64,000 nucleotides of DNA, from assembly GCA_017654855.1 (NCBI GenBank), contig CM030338.1, forward strand, positions 930,001 to 994,000. Direction: 5' to 3'. Shown in pieces: positions 35,568 to 47,021 of the stretch. A model generated the notes under the pieces. That model worked only from the letters and a program-made list of their open reading frames with translations. It had not been told where the DNA came from and searched no databases. The stretch comes from Podospora anserina. Lineage: Eukaryota. The position numbers and the translations under genes are program-made. Numbering within the stretch: the stretch's first letter is position 1; every line of letters begins with the position of its first letter.

Positions 35568-36176
35568 CCACCATAACTACAACAAGCTCATTTTTTATGT
35601 GCGTGTGTGCAATGTGTGTGCGTGTGTGACATGATTCAAAAACAGATTCCTCCCCCCGTTAACCAACATCTCAACTGGTTCAAACCTAGAGGGAAGACGT
35701 CTCCCCTTCGTGAACATGATCATGTATTCCGTTTACTGTCCCAACTTCCCAAACTGGTCTCCCACATTATCCATCAGATTCTGGCTGCTGCTCAACGGCT
35801 CGTTCTTAATGACGGGAGATTGCGCCTGTGGTTGCTGCTGTTGCTGTTGCAAATGGTACTGCGGATGTTACAGAGCATAGGGGTACATGTTGTGATACTC
35901 CTGTGCCGTCCCAGCACCACCCAAGCCGCTTTGATGGTATTGTTGAGCCCCAGAGCAGTGTCCCTGATGAGGAGGATGAGAGTATTGACTTTGATGGCTG
36001 TTGCTGCTCGGTCCCGACCCGACCGCCCACTGCTGCCCTCCCGTTGTCGACATGGTATGATGGACCTGATCGGCAAGAAGCTGAGCGTACTTGGCATTCT
36101 CTCCGAGGTCCTGCTGCTGGCTTCCTTCCACCGCCACACCTTCTTCTTGCTCTTCCCTCTTCAGCTCAGGCGACTT

Positions 36177-37053
36177 CTAAGCGCTCTGCTGTGTGAGATT
36201 CACTTGTTAGCCATGAGTTGGGTCATGTTAGGATGGGAAATCAAAAACACACCTGTTGCTGTTGAATAGTACCGTAGTACATCTCATCGGCGTTGTACAT
36301 TTGGGCCTGCGGTTGACCATATGATGGCGCGCCAGGCATAACACCGCCTGGGTACATGGTCTGAGGATTGCGGTAGTCGCCCTCTTGGGCAATCTGATGA
36401 ACGCCGTAGTCGGCGGGGTTCATGGTGTGCTGACCGCCGGGGCCGGGACCAACACCAGGCACCTGGGGGGGTTGTTGGTTGGCAGCGGCGGCAGCAGCAG
36501 CAGCCTGGTTGGAAGTCCGCTTAGCGTGGGAGGAGGCTTCCTCGCGGGGAACGATGTCGATGAGGAAGTCAAACATGTCGGACTTGGCAAGGGCGGAGGC
36601 AATATCGGAGCGTTGGAGGGTGCGGCGCTTGTTCTCCTCAGCATGAATCCAGGCACGCATGGTGAGCTCAGTGATGAAGATGTCGCAACCCTTGGCGAAG
36701 AGAATGGGGGCTTCGGCTGAGATCATCTTGACTTCGGGATCGGCCTTCATCACCTTCTTGATGCGGGCAAGGGGTAATTGGTGTTGTTTGTAGTCATGCT
36801 GGTCCGTCTCGAGGTGGTTGATGGTTTGCTGCCAGTAGGCCGTCAGGATGTCTTTGTAAGACCCCGTGAGGCCTTGGTGGACATTCGCCCATGTCCCGGT
36901 GTAGAGCTCTGATGGAGCAAAGCCTTGCTGTGAAAGATGCACACTGGCACCATAGTGGCCGCCCTTGCTGAGATCATATTGTGGTTGTTGCTGTGGGGGC
37001 TGGGGATGTTGATGGCTGCCGTGAGGGGCTGAGGAGGGATTTTGGGGATCCAT
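36177..37053 (-). CDS. HAP5: CCAAT-binding complex subunit Hap5/HapE (NF-YC)
   Basis: [45 protein letters not shown]...[12 protein letters not shown]. Intron 36189-36252 (GTGTGT...CTAAC...CACAG). Last exon CAG AGC GCT TAG. Confidence 0.95.
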
Positions 37054-38190
37054 GATGGCTTGTTTGAGTCGTTGGTTTTGGTTTGTTCTTTCAACGGTGC
37101 ACTGCGTCGCTGTTTGCTTGCTTCGTAGCCTAGTCCGGATGCAAGCTCTTAAACAGCTGGGACAGATGAGGTTGTCGCGTCGGCGCGATGGCGCAGTCTT
37201 GACTTATACGCGGGGTAATTATCGTCGTTCTGTTACCGGCCACAGCTTTAGCATTTGCGCGCACGAGATGTAGGCTGTGAGTTTTCTGTCACGAACAATG
37301 TGATGCTTTCCCTGGGCGTTTGTTTACTTAAAGCTACCCTGATGTCACAGTCCAAGAACCTCTTTGGCCCCAGAACACTGTTCTTATTGGGCGGATTGAT
37401 TGGGTGGGCAGCGGCGCGTGTGATAAAAAAGGGACGAGTGGGAGCGAATGGGTGGAGTTCAAAATGGCCGTCTGGGAACGTCCACTCAATCAAAGCTCCA
37501 GTTGGGAGGGGTATGAGATGATTGGGTGAGATTTAGATGGGTGAAGGGAAACCTTATTGCTGGGTTGAAGAAAGATGCAGGCGTGGTATGATAGGAGGAA
37601 GCTTATAACGATTACGCACCTCGAGAGAGATATCGTCTCTTTTTCTGTCCACAACGCGGGCTTCTGCTTTGTCTGACGTTGCAGGAGAGAGAAAGGAGAG
37701 AACCTTGGACAGCGATGACAGCGATTGATGAATTGTGCAAGCGGTCAGTCAAGCCGGCGGGAAAGGTTGGGCATCAGTGAAGAAACACTCGGAACAACGC
37801 GCTGGGACAGCGCCGACAGGGGACTCTGTGTGGCGCAGGCGCGGGACTTCAGGTCTTCTCCAGCAGCAGAACTCCGGTGAGGCTGCCCAACCGCCTGCCA
37901 GCTGTCAATTGTACAGCGCACCAGCCTCAACTTGTCCGCCCTATGACGGAATCGGCGAATCAAAAACTTGGAACTGCATCAACTGTTTCTCCATCTGCCG
38001 GGACCAACGCACGGCCCATCTGGCGGCCCGCCCACACCATCCAGTCTCCGTCGCCAACATAGCAGCCCCACCATCGAAATTTTGACTGCAACAAGAGGCT
38101 CTCGATTTTTCTGTCGCGACTTTCAAACTTTTCTTCCCTCGAAGCACTTTCACTTCCCCAGTTCACGGACTGGCGCATATCGCGAACAAC

Positions 38191-39066
38191 ATGATGGCTT
38201 CCATCGCCAGCCTTTCGGAAGCTGACATTGATCGGCTTCTGTCAGAGGCCGAAGCTCGAATTGCAGCTAACAATACCTACAAAGCTGTAGCCGTCGCGGC
38301 ACCAACAAGCAGCAAGGCCATCGCCATCACCACAACCTCCGCGATGTCTCAGAACCAAGAGAAGAAGGACTCCTCAAAGCCTGAGAAGCTCTCTGTTCGC
38401 GTCCCATCGCTTCCTCAGGACAAGAAGAAGAAGGTATACTCGTCGCCCTCCCATTTCCCCTCAAGTGTTCCATGAAAAAAATATATCCCATATAAATGAC
38501 GCTGGTCAAGTTGCCGTCATGGCTTACTAGCTGGCACCAAAATGATTACTTTACATCATAGTTACTTTGATTGAACACATCATAATTTTCTTTTCATGTT
38601 TTCGGAGGTTGCCGTCGTCGAATGGTTGGCTAACTGAAAATGCAGGAAGAGAAGGACAATGCGGGAGATGGCTGGTTCAACATGCCCCGCACCGAGTTGA
38701 CCACAGAGTATGTACCTTTGTCAACTACTTGGATGGTTGTAACTGACGCCTGGCAGACTCAAGCGCGACCTTCAAGCATTGCGCATGCGTGATGTTATCG
38801 CGAATGGCAAGCAGTTTTTCAAGAAGGACAACCGAAAGGATTTTGTTCCTACCTACAGCCAGGTTGGCACCATCATTGCTGGCGCGACGGACGGTAGCAA
38901 CCAACGCTTGACCCGCAAGGAGAGGAAGCGCACGATTGTGGAGGAGGTCTTGTCCAGCTCCAACACGGCCAAGTACAAGAGCAAGTTCCACGAGATCCAG
39001 GAGAAGAAGATGTCGGGCAAGAAGGGTTTCTACAAGAAGCTGGTTGCTGGCCGCAAGAAGCGTTGA
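38191..39066 (+). CDS. FCF2: rRNA-processing protein Fcf2
   Basis: Introns 38434-38645 and 38708-38756 give DNAGDGWFNMPRTELTTELKRDLQALRMRDV...QVGTII...RLTRKERKRTIVEEVL, the Fcf2 domain. Confidence 0.92.
38465..38578 (+). ncRNA. Intronic box C/D snoRNA, U46/snR63-like (guide for LSU rRNA Am2256, yeast numbering)
   Basis: Lies in the enlarged 212-nt FCF2 intron 1. Terminal stem GTGTTC/GAACAC. Guide TCATAGTTACT (38556-38566) is complementary to LSU AGUAACUAUGA, directly upstream of D-like TTGA. C-like ATGAAAA at 38472. Internal stem ATGACG/CGTCAT. Confidence 0.82.
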
Positions 39067-39646
39067 TGATTGCGCTACTGGCAAAGTGGTGGCCGAGTTG
39101 GTGAACAGACCATCCACCTTCGACGCACCTTGCAAGATGAGAACAACAAAAGGCTTCGCCCACAATGGGCATTTACTTGGGGTTGACCGGCACCGTGGCA
39201 GTCGAAGCGACAGGAGCAGAGATTTGACTTGCGCTACAGAGGACGCCATGGTACCGAGGAGCTGGTCGGTAGCTCGAAGATTTGTGAGCAGACTGGAAAT
39301 GTTTGTAGCAATCACATGTGGACTGAGAATGTCTGCATCAAGCCGTCAGGGGAAGGGCGTAGCAGGTTGATACAGGTCATTATGATCTCTTGAAGAGGCC
39401 TCAATTCAATACGTCGAAATATCATTTATTCTGTTCATCCCGTGCTTGAAATTCCAACCTTGTGACCATCAGGTGATGCCTAGTACCATAGTTCATGACA
39501 TTCAAGATAATTTGCTGGGCTGTTCTTATCGATAAAAACCCTGAACCCTGAGGGCCAATTCGGCTCCAAAAAATTGGCTGAAGCGCGGGAGTGGGAGCTG
39601 GTTGCGTTCGAACATCCAACCGGTGTCAGTCGAGGGTCACGCAGAG

Positions 39647-41729
39647 ATGTATCCGCCACGGTTAATACGGCCACTACGGCCCTTATTGCAGGGGCGACTG
39701 GTATGATTCTTGGATGGCGGCTACAGAACAAGAGAGAGGACAGCAAACTGACTTTGTGGTGGTTGCGATATGTGACAGCCCTTCGCCCTGCGTCGACCGG
39801 TACAAGTCGGCATCCCGCGTGCCTCGACACAGCTCCGCACAAATTCTACGAAGTGAGCTTGCGCCAATTGGTTTTGTTTTGGGGGGGAGATATGTTGACG
39901 AGTTTTGTTTCTAGAGCTCCAGAGCCACCAGCGACAACGACGAGCAAGACGCCCTCACCTACCACCCCCGCTGCCGCCGCCGCCCCGACGACACCTGCTG
40001 CTGCCACTCCTGCCCCCGAGACCCCTGCTGTGAAGACTGCGCCAGAACCGACGGTTGTTGCGCCGGCGGATATTCCTGTTACAAAGACTGTTGAGGTTCC
40101 TCCTGTTGCTGAGGCCCCTGCTGCTGAGGTTGAAGCTGCTGCTGCTGTTGTACCAGAAACTCCGGTTGTTGCCCCGGCTGATGTGCCTGTGGCGAAGGAT
40201 GCCGAGACGGAGGTGCCAGTGGAGGAGGTGAAGGAGGTTGCTGTGCCCAAGGTTGAGGAGGTTCCTGTTGCGAAGGAGGAGGCGCGGAAGGTTGAGGTCA
40301 AGGAGACGGCTGCTCCTAAGGCCGAGGAGGTTGTTGCGCCTGTGGCTGAGGAGACCAAGGCTGCTGAGATTGAGACACCTGTTGTCGCTAAGGAGGAAGC
40401 GCCGGTTGCTGCTGCTGAGCCCCAGGTTGTGGAGACTCAGGCTGAGCCAGAGGCCGAAGCTGCTGCTGCTGCGCGGAAGGCTGAGGCTGTTTCTGAGGTC
40501 AAGGAGGAGACTCCGGTTGCTGCGAAGCAGGAGGCCCCAGTAGCTGCTAAGGAACAAGTTCCACCTGCCGTCAAGGAGGAGGTTCCCATCGTGGAAGAGG
40601 CTTTGGCTGCCGTTAAGGAAGAGGCTCCCGTTGTTGCCAAGGAGGAGGTGCTAGTCGCGGAGGAGGTCGATCCAGTTGCTTTTGTCACTGAGAAGCTTGC
40701 CGCCGCTGAGGCTGCCGCTGCTAAGGTTGCCGCTGTTAAGGCTGCCGCGGCTAAGGCTGCTGTTGCTGCTCCTGAGCCTGTTGCTACACCAGCACCCAAG
40801 GCCCCTGTTGCCGCTGAGCCAGTTGCTATCCCTGAGCCTGCTGCTGCCCCAGTGGCCGAGGCTCCTGCTACCCCCGCGGCTGGCGAGTCTGCTGTCGCCG
40901 CCACCCCCGCGGCTGAGACTCCCGCTCCGGTTGCCCCTGAGGCCAAGGCGGTTGCTTCCACGAGGTAAGATATCCTGTTGAAGGCTGGACAACCATGACA
41001 CACAAAGACTGACACTTGTCTCCACACAGCACCAAGCCCAAGAAGGCCAAGAAGCCCGCCGCCCCCAAGCCTTCCTCTCTCTACGTCCGTGACGACAAAC
41101 CCATCGGTACCACCGAGCTCTCCCGCATGCCCCGCGCCCTTGAGGCCCTCTACCTCGAGCCTCTCCGCCACGAGGCCGAGTGGGGCGTCCCCACATGCGA
41201 CCTCCAGCTCCGGTCGTACTCCCTCCGCAACCTCGAGTTCTTTTGTGACTTTGCCCTCCGTGCGGCGTACTACATTGGCCTGCCTGCCTTTGGCCCCGTG
41301 CCACTTCCCAGGATCACCGAGAGGTGGACCGTCCCCAAGTCTACTTTCGTGCACAAAAAGTCGCAGGAAAACTTTGAGAGAATCACCCTAAGGAGGTTGA
41401 TCCAGATCAAGGATGGGCACCCGGAGACGGTGCAATACTGGTTGGCGTTTTTGCAGAAGTATGCGTATTATGGGATTGGTATGAAGGCGAATGTGTGGGA
41501 GTTTAGCAGATTGGGTATGTTTTTTTCCTCTTGCGTTCGGAATATGTTTGACAGATGCTGACGTTGGTATTCAGATGTGGCTCAGGAGATGGACGATGGT
41601 CTCCCGAAGACAAAGAAACTGCTCGAGAGCAAGTGGAAGCATATGGGTGCTCACGACAAGATGCCCTTTATGGAGGATTTGGAGGAGTACCTTGCGAACG
41701 AGAGGAGAAAGATTCCCGGTGGGAGGTAG
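39647..41729 (+). CDS. RSM10: Mitochondrial small-subunit ribosomal protein uS10m (Rsm10) with a large Ala/Pro/Glu/Val-rich insert
   Basis: Arg-rich presequence MYPPRLIRPLRPLLQGRL. Introns 39701-39778, 39853-39914, 40965-41029, 41515-41574. S10 domain CDLQLRSYSLRNLEFFCDFALRAAYY...GPVPLPRITERWTVPKSTFVHKKSQENFERITLRRLIQI. Confidence 0.92.
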
Positions 41730-41927
41730 AAAAAAATAAATATAGACGGGAAAGAATTGTATGTCTAGGCTTAGGTGTACTGCTGTGTATTTACTGTACG
41801 AATATCAGAAATGTGTATGGCAATCTTGGGTGGGTGTGATTGATTTTGTCTATTCCAAATGATGTGAATATTCACAATGTAGCATTTCCTTCCCTATCAT
41901 ACACATTCCGTTACCATTTGCTGGCTC

Positions 41928-43253
41928 TTAATCAAGCCCAATCGCCTCCCTAACCGTCTCCATCGTCCTCTCGGCGCTCTCTTTCGCGCTTTGTGTGCCT
42001 ACCTCCTCGGTTTCCTTGACCCGCTTCCTATTCACCTCTGTATCCTCCCCAAGCAACAAGAACCTCTCCCTCACCTCCTCCAGCCCCGCAACAACAGCAT
42101 CGGCTGTCAGCATCTTCAGCTGCGCCAGCGTAACGTCTTTGCACTCCTCCGCCACCTTTTCCCCCGTCTTGCCCGTGAACCCGCCCAAGATCTCGAGCAG
42201 ATTCGCCACGCCCGGCCTGTTGACAGGATCGTACTCCCCCACTGTGGCACTTATGCTATCCGTCCGTGCAGAGTTGATCTTTTTCCTTATCGTCGCCTCG
42301 TCGTCGTTGATGAAGATTTTGGACTTGGGGTTGGGGTCGGACTTGGACATTTTTTTGGTGGGGTCCTGGAGGGACATGATGCGGGAGGAGGAGGAGTCGA
42401 GGGAGATTGTTTGGGGGGAGGGGAAGATGTGGGTGGACCAGGCGGAGTGGAAGTTTGTGACGCACTCTCGGGCGAACTCGAGGTGTTGCTTTTGGTCGGA
42501 GCCGACGGGGACGTGGGTTGAGCGGTGGAGGAGGATGTCGGCTGCTTGGAGGATTGGGTAGGAGAAGAGGCCGTGTTTGAGGGCTGGGGAGGAGATTGTT
42601 GGGTCTGGGGAGGAGGAGGAAAGAGGGGTGGAGGTGAGGGTGGAGAGTTTGGACTGGGAGGGGGGTTAGTGAGAGGGGTGGTAAAGGGGTATATAAGGCA
42701 AATGTACCTTCCACTGTGTCATACGGGATAGATAGCCTGTTGAAGCGGTGCAACTGAGGATCCATTGCAGCTCGGCATGCTGAGGTACACTCCCCTGATA
42801 GAAAATGGTGCTCCGTTCTGGGTTGAGGCCGATGGCAAGCAGGGAAGTGAGCATCTCACGCCTGTTTTGGCGGAGCTTGTCTGCGTTGCCTGGGATGGTG
42901 AGGGCGTGCAGGTCGACGATTGAGAAGAAGAGCTTGTCCGCCTCGCGGGCGTTGTCTTGCATGTCCTTCCATTGCTTCAACGCGCCGAGGTAGTTCCCTA
43001 GGTGTGGCACGCCGGTGGGTTGGATCCCGGAGAAGATGATTTTTGGCTTGGACGCATCCCCCTTGATGATCGACTTGATTGGGGGTGACTTCTTGAAGGA
43101 TAATTTCTTAGCGAGTGACTTCATAAAACGGAACTTCTTGGTGGGTGAGCTCACATCATGATGGATGAGTGTTGTTGACAAGGTTCTTGAGTTTCTTGGT
43201 AATTTGCGCGCCAATCGAGGGGCACTACGGCCCAATTTGACAGTGATATTCAT
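41928..43253 (-). CDS. MSW1: Mitochondrial tryptophanyl-tRNA synthetase
   Basis: FSGIQPTGVPHLGNYLGA (HIGH-type), RMTQWK|, GLFSYPILQAAD, VPVGSDQKQH, KMSKS. Presequence-like N-terminus; one intron. Confidence 0.95.
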
Positions 43254-43496
43254 TTTGAATGTTACTGGAGAAGAATTGTACTGGACGAACCTCTGCTACC
43301 CTCAAAGTTCATCCAATCTCACTTAGTCGTTGCTCAAAGCTTCAAATTCGGAGTTGCGGCTCAAACATCCTGGCAAGTATAGCGCACGGACCATATCGCC
43401 ATGTGATGCATAGCAACAAGTGACAGAATTTGATCTGATTCAACAGATTATCATTGATTATCAAATATCTAAAATCCCGAATGGAATATAGGAAGC

Positions 43497-45317
43497 TCAT
43501 CTCCTCCCTGCTCTTGTCCCCTGAGAATCCGCCGGCCACCCATCCACAGCCCCTTCGACCTCCTCCAAGAAAGTCGCCGCATTATGCACCGTCGTACCAC
43601 CCAAAACGACTCTGACCCCAGGACTGCTGGCATTGATACCCGCCACCATCTTCGCCTCTTCGTACGTAGCTCCTCCAATGATAAACACAATGATATCCTG
43701 CGGCTTATCTTTCACGCTTGGGCTGCCCTCCACAAAAGGATACTGCCCTTCTTTTAGTTTCCCCTTCATCAAATTTTGCAGCGTGGTTTCCAGCAGAGGG
43801 GAGTGTTGGGTGTAAACGTTTTCAACGCCCTTGAGGCCCTTGAATCGTGAGTTGGCTGCGCTGAACAGACCCGTCGACTCGAACAAGTCGGTAATACCGC
43901 CTGCTCCCGATGCCGAGGCGTGGAGGGATTGGTGGTAGGTAAGAAGTTTGTTTACAAGGGAGGCTTCCCGTACAGACACTCCACCAACAGTGATGAGGAG
44001 GTCGACGAGCAACGGGAGAGCGTTGGATGGGTGCCTGCTGTAACGAAGGCCATAGAGAGCTACCAGGGTAAGTTTGGAAGAAGGGAGAAGAGTGGGTGAT
44101 TGAATTTGTGTTTGTATATTCTATTGAAAGTCAGCAAGAGAGTCTGCGCTTCTATGTTTAAGGAAGAACCATACCTTGAGATCAGCTCCATGGTTGTCGT
44201 TACAAGCTATGCTTTGTTCCAACTCGCTGACTTCCATCAAATGTTCTGCGCCTATTCGCCTGCTCAGTTCAGAGACGAGGGCGACGTGCTTGCTGACATT
44301 TCCCGAGAGTTTCCGGAACTCGGGGTACTCTTCAATGAAACGCTTCATATCGGCTATTGACTCAATGTCGGCGTTGTTCTTCGTCTTCGATTGGTATTGC
44401 TCAACATAGTCTTTGATGTTACTGCCCAAGTCGCCAAAGTTGAGATACATATTCTTCTTGAAGAATGGGTCTTGATCTTGAGAGAGAACAATCTCTTTGA
44501 GCTCGGGACGGATGTCGGGTACACTGCTTAGGTCTACACGACCGTTGTGAATACCGAGAAGATGATGTACCATGGCCTGGTACGTCCACTGCATGAGCAA
44601 GGGGGTGATGGGGTCTTCTCTTCGGTCTAGGATGAGAAGGATTGGTGGTGTGTCAACCTTGCGGAAATCAAAGAGCTGGTCCTCTTGAGTGATGTGATAT
44701 CGCACTTCTGACGCCAATTTTTGAGCCAGGGGGCTAGACTTCTGGTACCTGATGAGGGGCTTCTTCTTGAGCGATAGCAGGACAGCAATGAGGCCTTCAG
44801 ATGCACGTTGAAGAGAGTCTCTATTCCACGTGTCCGGGTTCCCACCCCATAGGCGGTACAGGGGCTGAGACATGTTGAGAGAGAACAGGTCGGGATTGAT
44901 GATCACATAGTCCAGAAAATACTCTTGAACGAGCTTCACAACTTCGTGATCGTCGGCCTCGGCCAAACGTTCCAGTGTGGACTTTTTGGCAATATTGCTG
45001 AAGAAAAGATGGTATTCTCCGTATTTAGGCTCCCTCAGCTCATCAATAAGAAGGCCTATGGAATCCGGGTCTGGTCTCACGAAACACAGGCAACGTAGAT
45101 GGCGCATCTTTTCCCGGTTCGGCTTGTCTAGGCGATCTGTGAGGTACACCTCATGGTTGAGAAGCGTTGATTGCGTGACGGCGGTCGATATGAAAGCCAT
45201 AGTTTCCCTGTCCAGCAGTAGAATCTTCATCTTGGCCGATTGCGACGTCCCCGATGTGCTGTCGCCGGCTGACACCATCTTGGTGACGTAGCCCGTCACG
45301 GCCTGCACCACGTCCAT
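43497..45317 (-). CDS. VPS45: Sec1/Munc18-family protein Vps45
   Basis: MKILLLDRET, LILDRREDPITPLLMQWTYQAM, SGNVSKHV, ENVYTQHSP, IIGGATYEE, GGTTVHN. Intron 44121-44174. Confidence 0.95.
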
Positions 45318-45709
45318 CGTTCCTGGGGTTCGGAGTTGACCCTGGGTGAATTCGGTTCGACGGGAGCGTGGATTTTATGTGTTCCGAACAAAAGTCCTGA
45401 GAATGGATCGTAGAATTATCGCAGAACAAGTGGTCATCGACGTCGTGATACTGAATTAGTGTGTATAAGAGTGGTCCTAAAGGTTGAACCTGAAAGAGGT
45501 GAGCTGTGTTCCTTGGAGCTCCCCTGTGGTTGGCGCCAAGAGTGTCTAATCCGGGGTGCCTGCCGCAGCTGTTGGGCCCCTGCAGTCGGCACGCAGCGGG
45601 CTAGTGACACGCTACGATAAGATAAGAGCACTATCTTTCCAGCGCCTTGTCAAGTTGAAAGCTGCCGTCATCGCATTCTCGAATTTCTTGAGCAGCGTTC
45701 GAGTTCAAA

Positions 45710-47021
45710 ATGGCACAAGATGTTTGCCCAACAAGATCGGAGCCCTCGTGAGTACTTTTCAATTCTGTTTTCTTACTGTCAATTGTTTCCGAGGCTGACT
45801 GGCAATCGTCCTTTTTTCAGATTATCTTTTCTCCAGGGTCTCATCCTTGGGCAGCTGTCAGTAGTGCTGCTGATTGCTGCCTTTATTAAGTTCTTCATCT
45901 TTGGCGAAGCGCCATCGGCGGAAGAAACGGCGTCTATCCGAGCCACCGAACGAAGGTCACGAACTCTTGCCCACAAGAAATCTCTACTTAGTCTTCGGTC
46001 CGCAGCCACACAACGCCAGGGTTCGCAACCACCAGCCCTACCCGCCCTCAACAAGAAGAAATCGAGCATTCTCCGATCGAATCCGCCGACCCTGACCATT
46101 GGCTCGATTCTTGACAAGACTTACTACAAGGTGGACAGCCACCAACCTGAAAGTTTGGACTGGTTCAATGTCTTGATTGCCCAGACCATTGCGCAGTTCC
46201 GCAGTGATGCGCAGCATGACGACGCCATACTCACATCTCTGAGCAAGACCCTCAACGGGACTTCGAGGCCAGATTTTGTGGACGAGATACGGGTTTCGGA
46301 GTTGAGCCTGGGGGAGGATTTCCCGATTTTCAGCAACTGCCGCATCATACCGGTGGACGAGGATGGCCTCCAGTTTGGAGCAGGCAAGGCGTTTGATCCC
46401 AAACAGGCTGCCAGGGAAGGTGCTCGTCTGCAGGCGAGGATGGATGTCGACCTCAGCGATATGATTACTCTGGCTGTCGAGACAAAGCTCCTTCTCAACT
46501 TCCCCAAGCGACTGAGCGCAGTTCTTCCCGTGGCGTTGGCTGTGTCGGTTGTTCGTTTTAGCGGCACACTGTCCATCTCATTTAACCCAAGCAACCCTTC
46601 GGAAAACACGCCTACGAAAATGACTTTCACGTTTCTCGACGATTACCGACTGGATTTCTCGATTCGCAGTCTTCTGGGAAGTCGTTCAAGGTTGCAAGAT
46701 GTCCCCAAGATTGCACAGCTGGTTGAGTCTCGTCTTCATCGATGGTTTGATGAGCGATGCGTTGAGCCAAGGTTCCAGGAGATTGAGCTTCCCAGCATGT
46801 GGCCTCGGAAAAAAAACACGCGCGGGGGTGATGAGATTATCGCCAATATTGAGCAATCAATAAACAAAGCGCATGGCGGTGCTATTGCCAAGGAGGCTCG
46901 TCAAGAACTTGACACTGAGACGGACGGGCTCCGGTATAGACGGCGGCCAGTGGGAGACGATACTTACTCGGTATCAGGCTCCATGCCAGGTTCACTCCCA
47001 GGCATCGACATGCCTACATGA
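45710..47021 (+). CDS. MMM1: ERMES subunit Mmm1 (SMP domain)
   Basis: ATG 45710; intron 45748-45820 gives SLSFLQGLILGQLSVV...FIKFFIFG. Motifs HQPESLDWFNVLIAQ, LGEDFPIFSNC, SLLGSRSRLQDVPKI. Confidence 0.96.

Noticed and set aside
35607-36269. 220-aa plus-strand ORF antisense to the HAP5 3' region
   Set aside because: It is the codon-register shadow of the minus-strand HAP5 extension (poly-L mirrors poly-Q) and is not protein-like on its own.
15676-37053. Two NF-YC-type histone-fold genes (BUR6 and HAP5) within about 20 kb
   Set aside because: Ancient paralogues separated by unrelated genes; no evidence of a functional cluster.
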